From: Candidatus Micrarchaeota archaeon
Lineage (GTDB): Archaea; Micrarchaeota; Micrarchaeia; Anstonellales; Bilamarchaeaceae
NCBI GenBank assembly: GCA_016212525.1
Contig: JACRGD010000007.1
Span: 15,112 to 79,111 of the forward strand
Direction of reading: 5' to 3'
DNA: 64,000 nucleotides
Positions 46,310 through 56,677 of the stretch are shown one piece after another. Numbering within the stretch: the stretch's first letter is position 1; the number at the start of each line of letters is the position of its first letter. A model generated the notes under the pieces. That model was not told the origin of the DNA and ran no database searches. It saw only the letters and a program-made list of their open reading frames with translations. Both the position numbers and the translations under genes were made by a program.

Positions 46310-47539
46310 TTAGTTCACTTTCAAAAACAGGACAGAATCCAAAACAGTTTGTATGTCTTTTGCATTCTGACCAATCTGGATAAGGGTCGTCTGACCGCGG
46401 ATTCCTTTGCCGCTGGGTTTAGTTGCAATAAGACCTAAAACCTCCAATTCAGAGAGATATTCCTTATACCATCTAAGACTCCTTGCACGCTTTCCGACCT
46501 TATTACAGACGCGCTCATACTCTTCATAGGCCTCACCGGAAAACAGATAGCAAGGAGCAGAATAACCATTTTGCTCGGAATTGTTTTCTAATGACAAGCG
46601 TGAGTATTTGCTGCCCTTAACTGCCAGAGAAGCTATCGAATAGAGCGTGAGTTGATGCATCTCGGGAAGAGTAACGATCGTCTCTTTTGTAAGATCTATT
46701 TCGACGCGTTTGCGTGCAGATTCGACATCTCGGTCAGTTATCTTGTTTCGTTTTTCAAAATCGGCAATCTCACCGGCTTTGTTTATGAGTTTTAGGGCAT
46801 ATCGGGCATCACCAGTCTCCTGGGAGGTAATGGCCGCGGCCAGATTTATTGCCGAGGAATCAACAGATTCTGGGGCAAATCCTTCTTTTGATCGCTCAGA
46901 TAAGATGCGCTGAATTTGCTCTGCTGTGTAAGGTGGAAATACCATCTCCGTTTCATAGAGACTGCTCTTGCTTCGGGGGTCAAGAGTATCTTTGAAAGAG
47001 AGTTTGTTTGAAATACCAACAATACTTACTCCACCATAGCTCAGTTCATCGTTCGATCGGGTAAGAGTGTAGACGAGTTCGTCCAGATCCTTTATCATAT
47101 CGATCTCATCTAGGACGATAATCATCTGCTTGCCATCGGAAACGAGTTCGAGAAGTTTTTCATAAAAGAAAGGAAGGCCAAAACCGGATTTATCGGCTTC
47201 TGGGCAGTAATTCTTGAGTATTTTCTGGAGAATCCGATATCGGGAATTGTAAATCCTGCAGTTGACATACTGAATTAGCGCCTTTGTATCGCCCGAGCCT
47301 TTGGTGGAATTTTCAAAATCCTCCATTATGCGCTTCATGCAGCAGGTTTTTCCAGTTCCGGTTTTACCATAAAGTATGATATTTCTTGGTTTTTGTGATC
47401 TTAGGGCGGGTGAAAGAACTGAAACGATCTGGTTGATCTGATGGTCCCTAAAGGGCAAATCTTTTGGAACATAATGAGGCGAGAGAACACTCGGATTTCT
47501 AAAAATAGTTCGTTTGGACATCACATCCTCAAATAACAT
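46310..47539 (-). CDS. cdc6: Cdc6/Orc1 replication initiator
   Basis: YVP..LPFR, YGKTGTGKT, LDEID, GDARYAL, GIRGQT winged helix. Confidence 0.95.
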   Translation of the reverse strand: MLFEDVMSKRTIFRNPSVLSPHYVPKDLPFRDHQINQIVSVLSPALRSQKPRNIILYGKTGTGKTCCMKRIMEDFENSTKGSGDTKALIQYVNCRIYNSRYRILQKILKNYCPEADKSGFGLPFFYEKLLELVSDGKQMIIVLDEIDMIKDLDELVYTLTRSNDELSYGGVSIVGISNKLSFKDTLDPRSKSSLYETEMVFPPYTAEQIQRILSERSKEGFAPESVDSSAINLAAAITSQETGDARYALKLINKAGEIADFEKRNKITDRDVESARKRVEIDLTKETIVTLPEMHQLTLYSIASLAVKGSKYSRLSLENNSEQNGYSAPCYLFSGEAYEEYERVCNKVGKRARSLRWYKEYLSELEVLGLIATKPSGKGIRGQTTLIQIGQNAKDIQTVLDSVLFLKVN

Positions 47540-47647
47540 AAATTATTCACCCGCAGAATGGTATTTTTACATTCAAGCTTTAATAGGTTGCGAAAAAAAC
47601 AACCATTTACGAGAGACCCGAAGATAAAATCAAAAATCATTCAGTCA

Positions 47648-48547
47648 TCACTCCAGATCACTAAGCTTCTTTTGCATCTGATTTAACCAAATTCGCTCGC
47701 GCACAAGAACAGGCGTAATTGTCCGGGCCAACTTATCCAGAATAGTTTTACGCTCATGCGAAAGCCATTTGTCCTTTGTTTTTATACTCATAAGAAAAGA
47801 TGGATTAGCCAATAGGATCTGATGGGTGAATTTCTCATAATGCATAATTTTCTGTTTTAACTTCTCAATTCGTTTAAGAGCGGCAGTCTCCATGACAGTT
47901 CCGCGACCAGAAGCTTTATGGGATTCTTTTGTTGCAAGAATCAAACGATAGCCATAGTGACTGAGCTTATCAAGATATTTTGAGAGGGGAATCTTGATAA
48001 GTGTTTTAGTGAGGAGAAGCAACCAGCCTTCCCGAAGCAAAATACGATCAAATTGATCCAGAGCTACAAATGCATCTTCACGTACCATGTTTTCTCGCAA
48101 TCGACCCCGAAGAAAAGGATATTGCTTAAGAATGGAAGTAAGATCGATTTTACCATGCGAACCTCGTAACACGAGCCGAACTTCCTTAATTCCCTGTCTC
48201 TGGCGCCGTAACTGGCCAAGCAAAAAAGAGGCTTCAGATGCAGGAAGTTCCTTAAAATCCAAAAGCCACAGACGCGTCTCGAGTATTGGACCAATATTAG
48301 GATCGGATTGGAATGAGATGAGAAGATCGGGGTAGTATTTGCGAAGATAACGCAACTCGTCAAGATGGACCAGCAGATATTCTTTGATAGTCGCAGAAAA
48401 TTTCTTGAGTTCTACTTTCTTTCTTGAGAGATCACGCCGCAGATCAGAATCACTTATTTTGAGAAATTGTTGTTTTATTGAATGGATTTCATCCTGCATT
48501 TTAGCAATTTTGATAGAGGCATCATCAAGATATTCGATAAGCAGCAT
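47648..48547 (-). CDS. hypothetical basic helical protein
   Basis: ~299-aa ORF, no recognisable motif. Confidence 0.7.
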   Translation of the reverse strand: MLLIEYLDDASIKIAKMQDEIHSIKQQFLKISDSDLRRDLSRKKVELKKFSATIKEYLLVHLDELRYLRKYYPDLLISFQSDPNIGPILETRLWLLDFKELPASEASFLLGQLRRQRQGIKEVRLVLRGSHGKIDLTSILKQYPFLRGRLRENMVREDAFVALDQFDRILLREGWLLLLTKTLIKIPLSKYLDKLSHYGYRLILATKESHKASGRGTVMETAALKRIEKLKQKIMHYEKFTHQILLANPSFLMSIKTKDKWLSHERKTILDKLARTITPVLVRERIWLNQMQKKLSDLE

Positions 48548-48615
48548 CAAAGACTAAACGAAGGACAAAAATATAAAGAATTAGGCTTGGGATTGAAAAA
48601 ATAGAAAAGAAAGAA

Positions 48616-49476
48616 TTATTGGCAAAGATGGGTGTTCTGGTTGCAGACTTCACCTACATTGCAGTTCTGATTATCATTGCAGAATCCGACCTTGGGAGTG
48701 CATGCATGAGACTCGCAAATCTGATAGGATGCATCACAATCTGCAGTTGTCGCACATTTACCTGCGCTGGGAGTGCATCGGTGAGTTGAGGTCGAGCAGT
48801 ATTCCCAGTCAGTACATTCATTGTCAACACCGCAGAAACCAACCTTTGCGACGCATTTGTTTGTTCGTCCATCGCACTTGGCCCAGGTCTTATCGCAGTT
48901 ATTATCGTTTATGCAGAAACCGGCCTTTGGTTTGCATTGGTGAGTCTTTGGTTCGCAAGTCTGCCAGGTTGTGCAGTCTCCATCAAAGTCGCATCGATCT
49001 GGAAGATAGACACATTTACTCGATTGCTGATCGCAGCGTTTCCATGAATCACAATCAGTGTCTTTTACGCAGAAGCCGGGAGCAGGACCGCATCGGTGAG
49101 TACTAGGACTACAATACTCGACTACAGGCTGGCATTGAGTATCGCCATCGCAGAAACCTGGACCGGGTCTGCAATATTTTGAGGAATCACACACCTGCCA
49201 GCTTTGACAATCGACATTAGTACCACATCGACCGGCAGTATAGATACATTTGTAGGATTTGCCCACATCACAGGTCAAAAGAGAAGCATTGCCAGTATTA
49301 TTGCCGCAGTCTGCAGGAGACTCGCAGTAGCCAGGTAGTTTCATGCATGTTTTTGTACCAAGATTGCATGACTGCCATGGCCGACAATCCTTATCTGCAC
49401 TGCATGAAGGAGCAGTGTTAATACATCCAAAAATAAATATTGACGCCAAAAGAGCAGCTAATATAAGTAATCTCAT
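48616..49476 (-). CDS. Cys-rich repeat surface lipoprotein
   Basis: IFGC lipobox-like; ~10 repeats of G(F/R)C..D.DC..WQ.C.....C. Confidence 0.85.
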   Translation of the reverse strand: MRLLILAALLASIFIFGCINTAPSCSADKDCRPWQSCNLGTKTCMKLPGYCESPADCGNNTGNASLLTCDVGKSYKCIYTAGRCGTNVDCQSWQVCDSSKYCRPGPGFCDGDTQCQPVVEYCSPSTHRCGPAPGFCVKDTDCDSWKRCDQQSSKCVYLPDRCDFDGDCTTWQTCEPKTHQCKPKAGFCINDNNCDKTWAKCDGRTNKCVAKVGFCGVDNECTDWEYCSTSTHRCTPSAGKCATTADCDASYQICESHACTPKVGFCNDNQNCNVGEVCNQNTHLCQ

Positions 49477-49593
49477 AAAGGAGATATTTCCGGCCAATGT
49501 TTTTTAAAGCTCCCGCAATCGATCGGGGGTTGCGAAACATTTGAACTCCAAATACGCGATATTAAGAGAGAGTTATTCAGTTAAAATACGAAA

Positions 49594-50271
49594 CTAGAGG
49601 CGTCTCCAGCGATCAAGGGTTGCAAGAAGCATTCCAAAATCGGAAATAGTCGCATCTGCTTTGGACGAGCGACTATTTGCATATTTTCCAGAAAGTATGC
49701 GAATAGTTTTCATGCCGGCTTTCTTAGCTGGAATTATGTCGGCATCTTCTCGATCACCAATCATTAGCGACTCTGTTGGCTTGGCCCTTAGATTCGAGAG
49801 AATGCGCGTGAAAAAGAGTTCATCTTTGGAGCGACCGACATCTTCTGAAACAAAAACATCATCGAAAAAAAGTGCTATACTTAATCGAATGAGTTTATCC
49901 CATTGTTTAATCGACGTACCGTTTGTAGCGACATATAAATTGTAACCCTTTTGACGCAGATTAAGAAGAGTGCTTGGAACCTGAGGATAGGGGGCGATTG
50001 TTGTCTTGGTATCGTGATAAGCAGCGATAGCAGCAGAAACGAATTTAGCACTTTTTTTGATTTTTAGGGATTTGCACAAATCATCAAAATGATGAGTGTA
50101 ATTTGAACCCTTTTTTTGGATTATTTTTGAAAGAGAATGCTCGAGATCGGAATAGGTTGCATCTAAACCCATGCCAATCATTGCATTAATTGCGTTTTTT
50201 CTGGCCAAGGAACTAAAATCAGTAGTCGGAAAGAGGGTATCATCGATATCGAAGAAGATATTTTTTATCAT
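49594..50271 (-). CDS. HAD-superfamily hydrolase (archaeal CTE7-like)
   Basis: FDIDDTL, TNG...KQWDKL, MIGDREDADI. Confidence 0.9.
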   Translation of the reverse strand: MIKNIFFDIDDTLFPTTDFSSLARKNAINAMIGMGLDATYSDLEHSLSKIIQKKGSNYTHHFDDLCKSLKIKKSAKFVSAAIAAYHDTKTTIAPYPQVPSTLLNLRQKGYNLYVATNGTSIKQWDKLIRLSIALFFDDVFVSEDVGRSKDELFFTRILSNLRAKPTESLMIGDREDADIIPAKKAGMKTIRILSGKYANSRSSKADATISDFGMLLATLDRWRRL

Positions 50272-50302
50272 GAAAAAATAGAAAGAAAGAAATTAATAAA
50301 CT

Positions 50303-52801
50303 CTATTGATTGGACTCGACAAAGATAGTTGGAGTGTATCCTGTGCCAGTCTGTCTTGGAGAACGTGGTCTTCGTGCTCCTGCATCAGAAGGTACTGGGG
50401 CAGGAACTGCCGCCACTGGAACAACTACAGGAGCTGGAACCACTACCGGAGGCGCAACAACTGCAGGAACTGTGGTATCAGCAGGAACTGAAGAATCTAC
50501 TTGTACCGATGCATCTGCGCTTGGCAAAGGTGCACCTATTGGAGCGCCCAAGGGAACAGATCTACGCGGAGCAGATTCAACAACTGCCGGAGTTGGATGT
50601 GTTTGCGGAGTTCTTGTAGATTTCCACCAAATACCGAAAACACCACCGCCAAGTATTCCAACAACCACAGCAGCTACCCAGGCTTTAAAGGTTCTTGGTC
50701 TGGATGGCAACGCGGATGGATCAACCTCGACAGTGCTTTCTGGATCGACTATAGGGTCGGCGGGAGCTGATGGTGAGAAATCAGCCCTCAAAGTAGTCCC
50801 GTCTCGTGGGCTAGGTCTTTGGGCAACCGGTTCCGAACCAGTATTAGATGTGCCACGAACAGCTCTCGAGGGAGCACCTACAGCAAAGACCTCATCATCC
50901 CAAGGACCAGCCTTAGGGGATGCACGAGTTGTGGGTGGACTAACCGGAGCGTGCGGACCGCTCACGGATGCAGGACCCGGAAGAACACCACCTGGACCGC
51001 GTCTAGTTGCAGTATCTGATGCAACAGGAATCGGAGCAGGAGCCCTTGCTGGAGGCTCAGAACCAAAGGCACCACCCATCATCAGCGTACCACTTGGTGA
51101 TGGAGGTTCACGAAGCACTGGAACAGCTGCCTCATTTGAATTGAAAAGATTTAACCTTAGAAGTCTTCCAGGACCCACTAAAACCTGACCAGATAGTTTA
51201 TCAGTAACGTTAAACATATCCGAACGTCCGGTAATATAGTTCAAATGGAAGGGAGTTGAATCATGCCCATAAGTAACTACGTCAGAATCAGTGGCTATCA
51301 CAACCCGAGCACCAGTAGAATCAGAAAGCACATAGGGAACATTTGGAGCAATATCAGCCATGGATTTAGTTGCATTGACTACTTGCGCACCCCTAAGAAA
51401 TTCGATATTTGAACCCTCATCTGAGTTAGTAACTCGAACCACATCAGAACCAACTTTGGCATATTTAGTTTCGCCAATTTCGACCTTCAAAAAAGCATCG
51501 ACCCTGCCTCCAGAGAAAACAACAAACTCATTAGAACCATACCTAACCAGATTGAGACTAGCAGAAAGAGCAACTACAGTATTGGTATCTTCTAATTTGC
51601 ATTCATAAACAGAAGGACAACCTGATTTCTCTGCTACTTCTTCCAAATTTAGAAGACGAACTGAAACCTTATCAGGAAGACGTCGTGAAACCTCAACTGC
51701 ATAATCGTTACCCATCAAAGATAGTTTTGCATATCGAACTTCTTGGAAGTCAATGGATACCAACTGGTCAGGAGAGCCTAAAGCACAGACCTGAACTTCA
51801 TGGGCATTTGAGAAATAAACGTTCAAAGCAGGACCAAAATTCCTAGATTCACCAACAACCAAATCAGATTTGTTTGGCCGCTCAACTAGACAGTATGAAC
51901 CCTGCGAATCAACATATTCAGAAGTATAGACAACCCCTCTTAAAAGAGCCAAACCAGCTACATCATATTGAACAGAACCGCCGGGAGTGTCTGAAACATC
52001 AAAGTGATGGTCGCCACTACCAGTATAGACCAAATCAACATATCCCGAAGGAGATGCTGCCCTACCATCGCGTACAGGAGTTACCGTAGATGCAGTAGGT
52101 AAAGCAGGAGGAAGTTCATTTTCTGTCCAGACCGAATAATAACGAGTACCGGAGTTTTCCCATCCCAAAACATACGCATCAACACCTGCAGCCATGGCCG
52201 GAGGAACATAGGAAGCAAGTTTAGCTTCAAATACGGCCGGATGATCAGGAACAGAAGCAAGGAAATCCCCGTCTAATTCAGTTATAGTCACATCAGACCC
52301 AGAAGTATCAACATAGATACCCAAAGGCAATCGAACTCCATTTGTATATATGTTAGAGTCAGGAACAATTTCGGCCGGACCGTATCGATGAACAGTTCGA
52401 GTAACATCGACACTAAGTTCACCATTCTTAACAGTAAGCGTGGCATCAAAACCAGTATTACCATGACGAACAAGAATAGACGCTGAATCATTATTAGAGT
52501 TAACATCAAGTTCGGTTCTTGGAATTAGATCATCTAGATTCTTCAGGTAAAAAGGTACATAATTATTGGCAGAATCACGAAGTTCTACAGATCCGACTCC
52601 AGATGAAGTGACATTAGAACAAACAAGCTTCAAATCACCCGGCAAAGTACAGTATTCTTTTACTTCCAAGGATTTGCGAGTTGTTTCTGGACCAGCTGCA
52701 CGAGCAGCAGCAGCTAGAGGCGGAGGCAATGCCACATTACCACCAGTAACATGCGCTGGAACTTCAGAAGCAATTCTTGCACCTATTAATTTTTTTGCCA
52801 T
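50303..52801 (-). CDS. large hypothetical membrane-anchored protein (beta-rich N-region, Pro-rich linker, TM, Pro/Ala/Val tail)
   Basis: 832-aa ORF; TM AWVAAVVVGILGGGVFGIWW; GAGGGTG RBS. Confidence 0.75.
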   Translation of the reverse strand: MAKKLIGARIASEVPAHVTGGNVALPPPLAAAARAAGPETTRKSLEVKEYCTLPGDLKLVCSNVTSSGVGSVELRDSANNYVPFYLKNLDDLIPRTELDVNSNNDSASILVRHGNTGFDATLTVKNGELSVDVTRTVHRYGPAEIVPDSNIYTNGVRLPLGIYVDTSGSDVTITELDGDFLASVPDHPAVFEAKLASYVPPAMAAGVDAYVLGWENSGTRYYSVWTENELPPALPTASTVTPVRDGRAASPSGYVDLVYTGSGDHHFDVSDTPGGSVQYDVAGLALLRGVVYTSEYVDSQGSYCLVERPNKSDLVVGESRNFGPALNVYFSNAHEVQVCALGSPDQLVSIDFQEVRYAKLSLMGNDYAVEVSRRLPDKVSVRLLNLEEVAEKSGCPSVYECKLEDTNTVVALSASLNLVRYGSNEFVVFSGGRVDAFLKVEIGETKYAKVGSDVVRVTNSDEGSNIEFLRGAQVVNATKSMADIAPNVPYVLSDSTGARVVIATDSDVVTYGHDSTPFHLNYITGRSDMFNVTDKLSGQVLVGPGRLLRLNLFNSNEAAVPVLREPPSPSGTLMMGGAFGSEPPARAPAPIPVASDTATRRGPGGVLPGPASVSGPHAPVSPPTTRASPKAGPWDDEVFAVGAPSRAVRGTSNTGSEPVAQRPSPRDGTTLRADFSPSAPADPIVDPESTVEVDPSALPSRPRTFKAWVAAVVVGILGGGVFGIWWKSTRTPQTHPTPAVVESAPRRSVPLGAPIGAPLPSADASVQVDSSVPADTTVPAVVAPPVVVPAPVVVPVAAVPAPVPSDAGARRPRSPRQTGTGYTPTIFVESNQ

Positions 52802-52803
52802 AG

Positions 52804-54171
52804 TTAAGCACCCTCTTTAGGAACTATAGATATAAGTGTCTCGTATGCATCACGAATACTAGCAGCCAGATCAGCCATTGCATCAGGCTTAAGAACATGG
52901 GGAATCTGAACATGTTCAACTGGAAGAAGTTCATCTGTCTTCCTTGGATTAGGAACATTATCAGATGGAACGAACAAAGCATCCCCATAAGATCCCACAA
53001 CCAAAGCTGCAATTCTCATCATAGATGCAGAATTACCATAGGTCAAACTTCTTGCAGCTGCCAGTCCGGAATCTGGATGATTAGATAAAAAGTCTTGGAA
53101 CTGATCTCCATGAGAACGACCTCTACCATCATCAAGTGCGATTTCTACCAGTTGGCGATGTAACTCTAAATCAGAAAGATGTGGATACTCATGAACCATT
53201 TGAGGAGTTACAAACCTAGCTGCAATGGCCATAACATGTGCAACGGTTGTGGTTGAAAGCTGATCATAAAGAGTCTGCAGATCGCCAACTGATCCGGAAG
53301 TAATTGCAGCCGCGGCACTATCATATGCAGCAGGAGCAACAGCAGTTGAGACGTATCGATGAACATCAACAGCAAATGCAGGATCAAGGATAATTGAAAC
53401 CGCTCTATCTAGATTCATATAAGAAGCAACAGCACATAAATTAACATGATATTGCAACTGGTCAGAATAATTTGGATCTGCCGGATTCATACCAAGAAAC
53501 ACAGGAACGTGTGGATCGAGAGCTTGGGCCAAAGCCAATTTTCTTTCAGAAGCAGCAACCTGAGCCTTAAGATCTGCGACTTGGGTTACTAGAGCATCGT
53601 GTTTATCGACACGAGCAACTACTTCTCGAACAGCCTTTGCTACAACAGCCAAACGACTTTTTGAAGCTCCATCACGAGCAACAGCTTCAGTTCTCGTAAG
53701 TGCGGTACTAAGAGTATCGACACGAGCTGCTATATCGGAAACACGAGAAACTGCCTGAGTTACGGCAACAGGAACTTTAGGAACTACGACGTCATTTACA
53801 AACTCGCCAAATACAGATCTTGCTGTTATTGCTTCTTCAGTTCGCTCCTCAGCTGGTGCTCGCATAGCAGCGACTCCGGTTCTTGCAATGGCAAATAGAG
53901 CAGCGCCCAAAGTACTACGAACACTTCGTTCATCCTCAGAAAGATCAGTAGCACCAACCAAACGAGTAGCTGCAGAAACAGTGAGAGAAATTACACTAGA
54001 GGCAAGAACACCTCTCATGCTTGGAACAGATTTATCATCTGCATCAATAGAATCTGAACCACGAACATCTCCTGCAGCTCGAGCAAATGTCTTTACTAAT
54101 TTTAGAGCATCGTTGAACTTACCTATTTCCTTCGGATTCGTAATAACCGGTTTTGTTGTAGTAGCACTCAT
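52804..54171 (-). CDS. hypothetical Ala-rich helical protein
   Basis: 455-aa ORF, 2-nt gap to the next gene. Confidence 0.75.
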   Translation of the reverse strand: MSATTTKPVITNPKEIGKFNDALKLVKTFARAAGDVRGSDSIDADDKSVPSMRGVLASSVISLTVSAATRLVGATDLSEDERSVRSTLGAALFAIARTGVAAMRAPAEERTEEAITARSVFGEFVNDVVVPKVPVAVTQAVSRVSDIAARVDTLSTALTRTEAVARDGASKSRLAVVAKAVREVVARVDKHDALVTQVADLKAQVAASERKLALAQALDPHVPVFLGMNPADPNYSDQLQYHVNLCAVASYMNLDRAVSIILDPAFAVDVHRYVSTAVAPAAYDSAAAAITSGSVGDLQTLYDQLSTTTVAHVMAIAARFVTPQMVHEYPHLSDLELHRQLVEIALDDGRGRSHGDQFQDFLSNHPDSGLAAARSLTYGNSASMMRIAALVVGSYGDALFVPSDNVPNPRKTDELLPVEHVQIPHVLKPDAMADLAASIRDAYETLISIVPKEGA

Positions 54172-54183
54172 ATTTCATCCCCC

Positions 54184-56562
54184 CTATACAGATTTTATTT
54201 TATCAAGATCAGTTTCAGTTAATGCCTCTGAATTGACAAAGATTGCTTCACCAAAGGCAACAAAAACAGTCCTAAACGCAGTTGCAAATGCAGCAGGATC
54301 GGATTTAGAACCCTCCAGACCAGTCATACGCGTAGCAACCTGGGCAGCATCAATATCCCCGTGAGAAGTTGCAACTTGACCAAATGCCCTCAATTTGCCA
54401 AATAATCCATCGACCGGACTACCACCATTGGTTGGTTTTTGGAGTTCGGTAATCAGTGCAGCAGGAATTTCTGTTCTTCCACCTGAACTGGAATTGGATA
54501 AGATCTTAGCCAATCGAGCAGAAGTAAAGAACCCATCAACTGCAGTTGCTAATGCAGTTACCGGAGTCATATCGACAACTGGAGCCGGAGCGGCTTTTAC
54601 AGAAGGATCTGAAACCAACTGATCTCCAGTAACTTCAACTTTGAAACGTGGTTTGTTTGATTCAGAAGTTCCCAGATAAGTGACTTTTACGGTTCGTTTT
54701 GTGTAACCACCAGTTTCGAAAGTGTGAGACTCACCAACTACAAGCGAGTTCTGGGTTTTACCAACTCGCTCGGTTCGCGCAGTTGGATCAAAAGAACTGC
54801 CATTTGTCTTGGCATAAGTATAACCTAATGCAGTAAGTACACCGGCAGGATCAAAATCCTTGGATTTTACTTCCAAAGACAAATCAGCACGTCCAGGAAT
54901 GGCCAAACGAACCCAGTCAGATCTGGAAGCAGAAGCAACATCGAAGACCATTTCGCAAGTAGATGGTTCGGTCGTTATTACAGGACCAGATGGCGCTTTA
55001 ACAGCGGCCGGAGCAACAGCTGACTTAGCAGGTTCGGGTGCTCTTGCAGCTTCGGCTCTTGCTTCAACCCGAGCAGGAGCAACTGGAGGTGCTGCTAATT
55101 CAGATGGAGCTGGAGTTCGTACCGCTGCAACTCGTGCTTCGAATTCTTGGATTCGACGCTGTAAGTCAGCTTCGGCCTCACTAAGAGCTCGCTCTCGCTT
55201 ATCCAATGCGCCCAATCTTTGGTTAGCAGCTTCTAATCGAGCTTCAGCTTCAGAAGCAGCAGTTAGAGCAGCAGATTTTCTTGCATCAGCCGAATTAGCA
55301 GCTTCAACTGCAGCAGTCTTTCTTCCTTCCTGTTCATCGGCTTCAGCTTGAGCAGCACTTCGTCTTAACTCTGCAGCAGAAGCAAGACCACTCATTTGAG
55401 TCAAACTCTCATTCGCTTCATCAATTTTAGCAGTAACAGCAGACAAAGCAGATCGTTTTTCACCAAGTGCAAGCCCGAGAGCAGCATCTGATGTTCGACC
55501 TTCAAGTAACGTTCTTTCTAAATTTTCGACTTCAGCCTTAAGAGCATCACGTTTGCCTTCCAAACTAGCAACCTCAGAAGTAAGAGCAGTTGAAGGTCTT
55601 AATGGAGCACGTGGAGGTTTTGGTTTTTGAGGTATCTCAACTGGAGCAAGCATCTGAGAAACATCCAATGGCATGTCAATAGATGTAACTTCAATTGCCA
55701 TCACCGCAGATACAACTGCATCAGAACGTACTGATTCTGAACTTGGCAAAGGAGCCGCAGATGGAAGAGAAGCCAAAAACTCAACAGGAGAAACTACATC
55801 TGGATAATTGCCAGCAGGTAATGGTATTTCTGATCCGGTAAGTGGATTGTTGAGCAAGTCAGAAACATCCTTAATTGAAGAGGTGGCACCATCTAAAGCA
55901 GCTACAGCAGCAGCAGATGCAGCGAGTTGAGCCTCTAATCTTCTACGAACAGTATCAGTTTTTTTTATGGCAGCAGCAACTTCGCCAACAAGTCTTTTCT
56001 TTAACTCACTAACCTCGCCATCGAGTTCTAATCTTCGAGCATCAAGAGCATCACGATCTTTTTCATAAGCAGCAGAAACAGTTTCTCTTTCTCTTGCAAG
56101 TGAAGATTCAGCAGCGATCAAAGCATGAAGAGTCGCAGTGGCAGAAGTAAAAATTTCAGAACCTAAATCAGAGAGAGCCGTGCCGGAAATAGACTGAGGT
56201 TGGGAACTTCCCTCAACATTCAGTACAAAAGTAGCATCGATAGCAGCAGCAACAAGGCCGGGAAGTCTATCTGCATTGAATAGATCAGTGTCTACCTCCA
56301 CAGGACCTGATGAAACAGAACGTATTGGAGTTGTGGGTTTTGGAACGCCTTCGGGAAGTTGTTCTCTAACGGCCAAAACGGAATTGATTGCGGGGCTTAG
56401 TCTAGCTGCCAATTCAGCAGCTGCAGCCATGGCACCAAGACGAACACCATCTTCCAAAAGACCAGTTAAATGTTCATTTAGCTTTGCGCCTGAACCCCTA
56501 GGAACATATTTAACAGCAGACGACGGACCTTTCAAAACCATAGACGTATTTTTTTCTGACAC
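54184..56562 (-). CDS. hypothetical coiled-coil protein with Pro/Ala linkers
   Basis: 792-aa ORF with two long heptad-rich Ala/Glu/Arg stretches; GAGGTGG RBS. Confidence 0.75.
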   Translation of the reverse strand: MSEKNTSMVLKGPSSAVKYVPRGSGAKLNEHLTGLLEDGVRLGAMAAAAELAARLSPAINSVLAVREQLPEGVPKPTTPIRSVSSGPVEVDTDLFNADRLPGLVAAAIDATFVLNVEGSSQPQSISGTALSDLGSEIFTSATATLHALIAAESSLARERETVSAAYEKDRDALDARRLELDGEVSELKKRLVGEVAAAIKKTDTVRRRLEAQLAASAAAVAALDGATSSIKDVSDLLNNPLTGSEIPLPAGNYPDVVSPVEFLASLPSAAPLPSSESVRSDAVVSAVMAIEVTSIDMPLDVSQMLAPVEIPQKPKPPRAPLRPSTALTSEVASLEGKRDALKAEVENLERTLLEGRTSDAALGLALGEKRSALSAVTAKIDEANESLTQMSGLASAAELRRSAAQAEADEQEGRKTAAVEAANSADARKSAALTAASEAEARLEAANQRLGALDKRERALSEAEADLQRRIQEFEARVAAVRTPAPSELAAPPVAPARVEARAEAARAPEPAKSAVAPAAVKAPSGPVITTEPSTCEMVFDVASASRSDWVRLAIPGRADLSLEVKSKDFDPAGVLTALGYTYAKTNGSSFDPTARTERVGKTQNSLVVGESHTFETGGYTKRTVKVTYLGTSESNKPRFKVEVTGDQLVSDPSVKAAPAPVVDMTPVTALATAVDGFFTSARLAKILSNSSSGGRTEIPAALITELQKPTNGGSPVDGLFGKLRAFGQVATSHGDIDAAQVATRMTGLEGSKSDPAAFATAFRTVFVAFGEAIFVNSEALTETDLDKIKSV

Positions 56563-56677
56563 TCATCCCACCTCAATACTTAGCGAACCACGACGTTTAT
56601 CGGGGCTCGCAACATAAACATTATTGTTATTATCAGTATAAATATGTGTAATCCTCTATTTAAACCTTTCTAACACC

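Noticed and set aside
46178-47647. Replication origin next to cdc6
   Set aside because: Flanks are short and AT-rich, but I could not find repeated ORB-like boxes.
50310-55351. Long plus-strand Gly/Thr/Ala-rich ORFs (e.g. 50310-51188, 54860-55351)
   Set aside because: Antisense shadows of low-complexity minus-strand genes.
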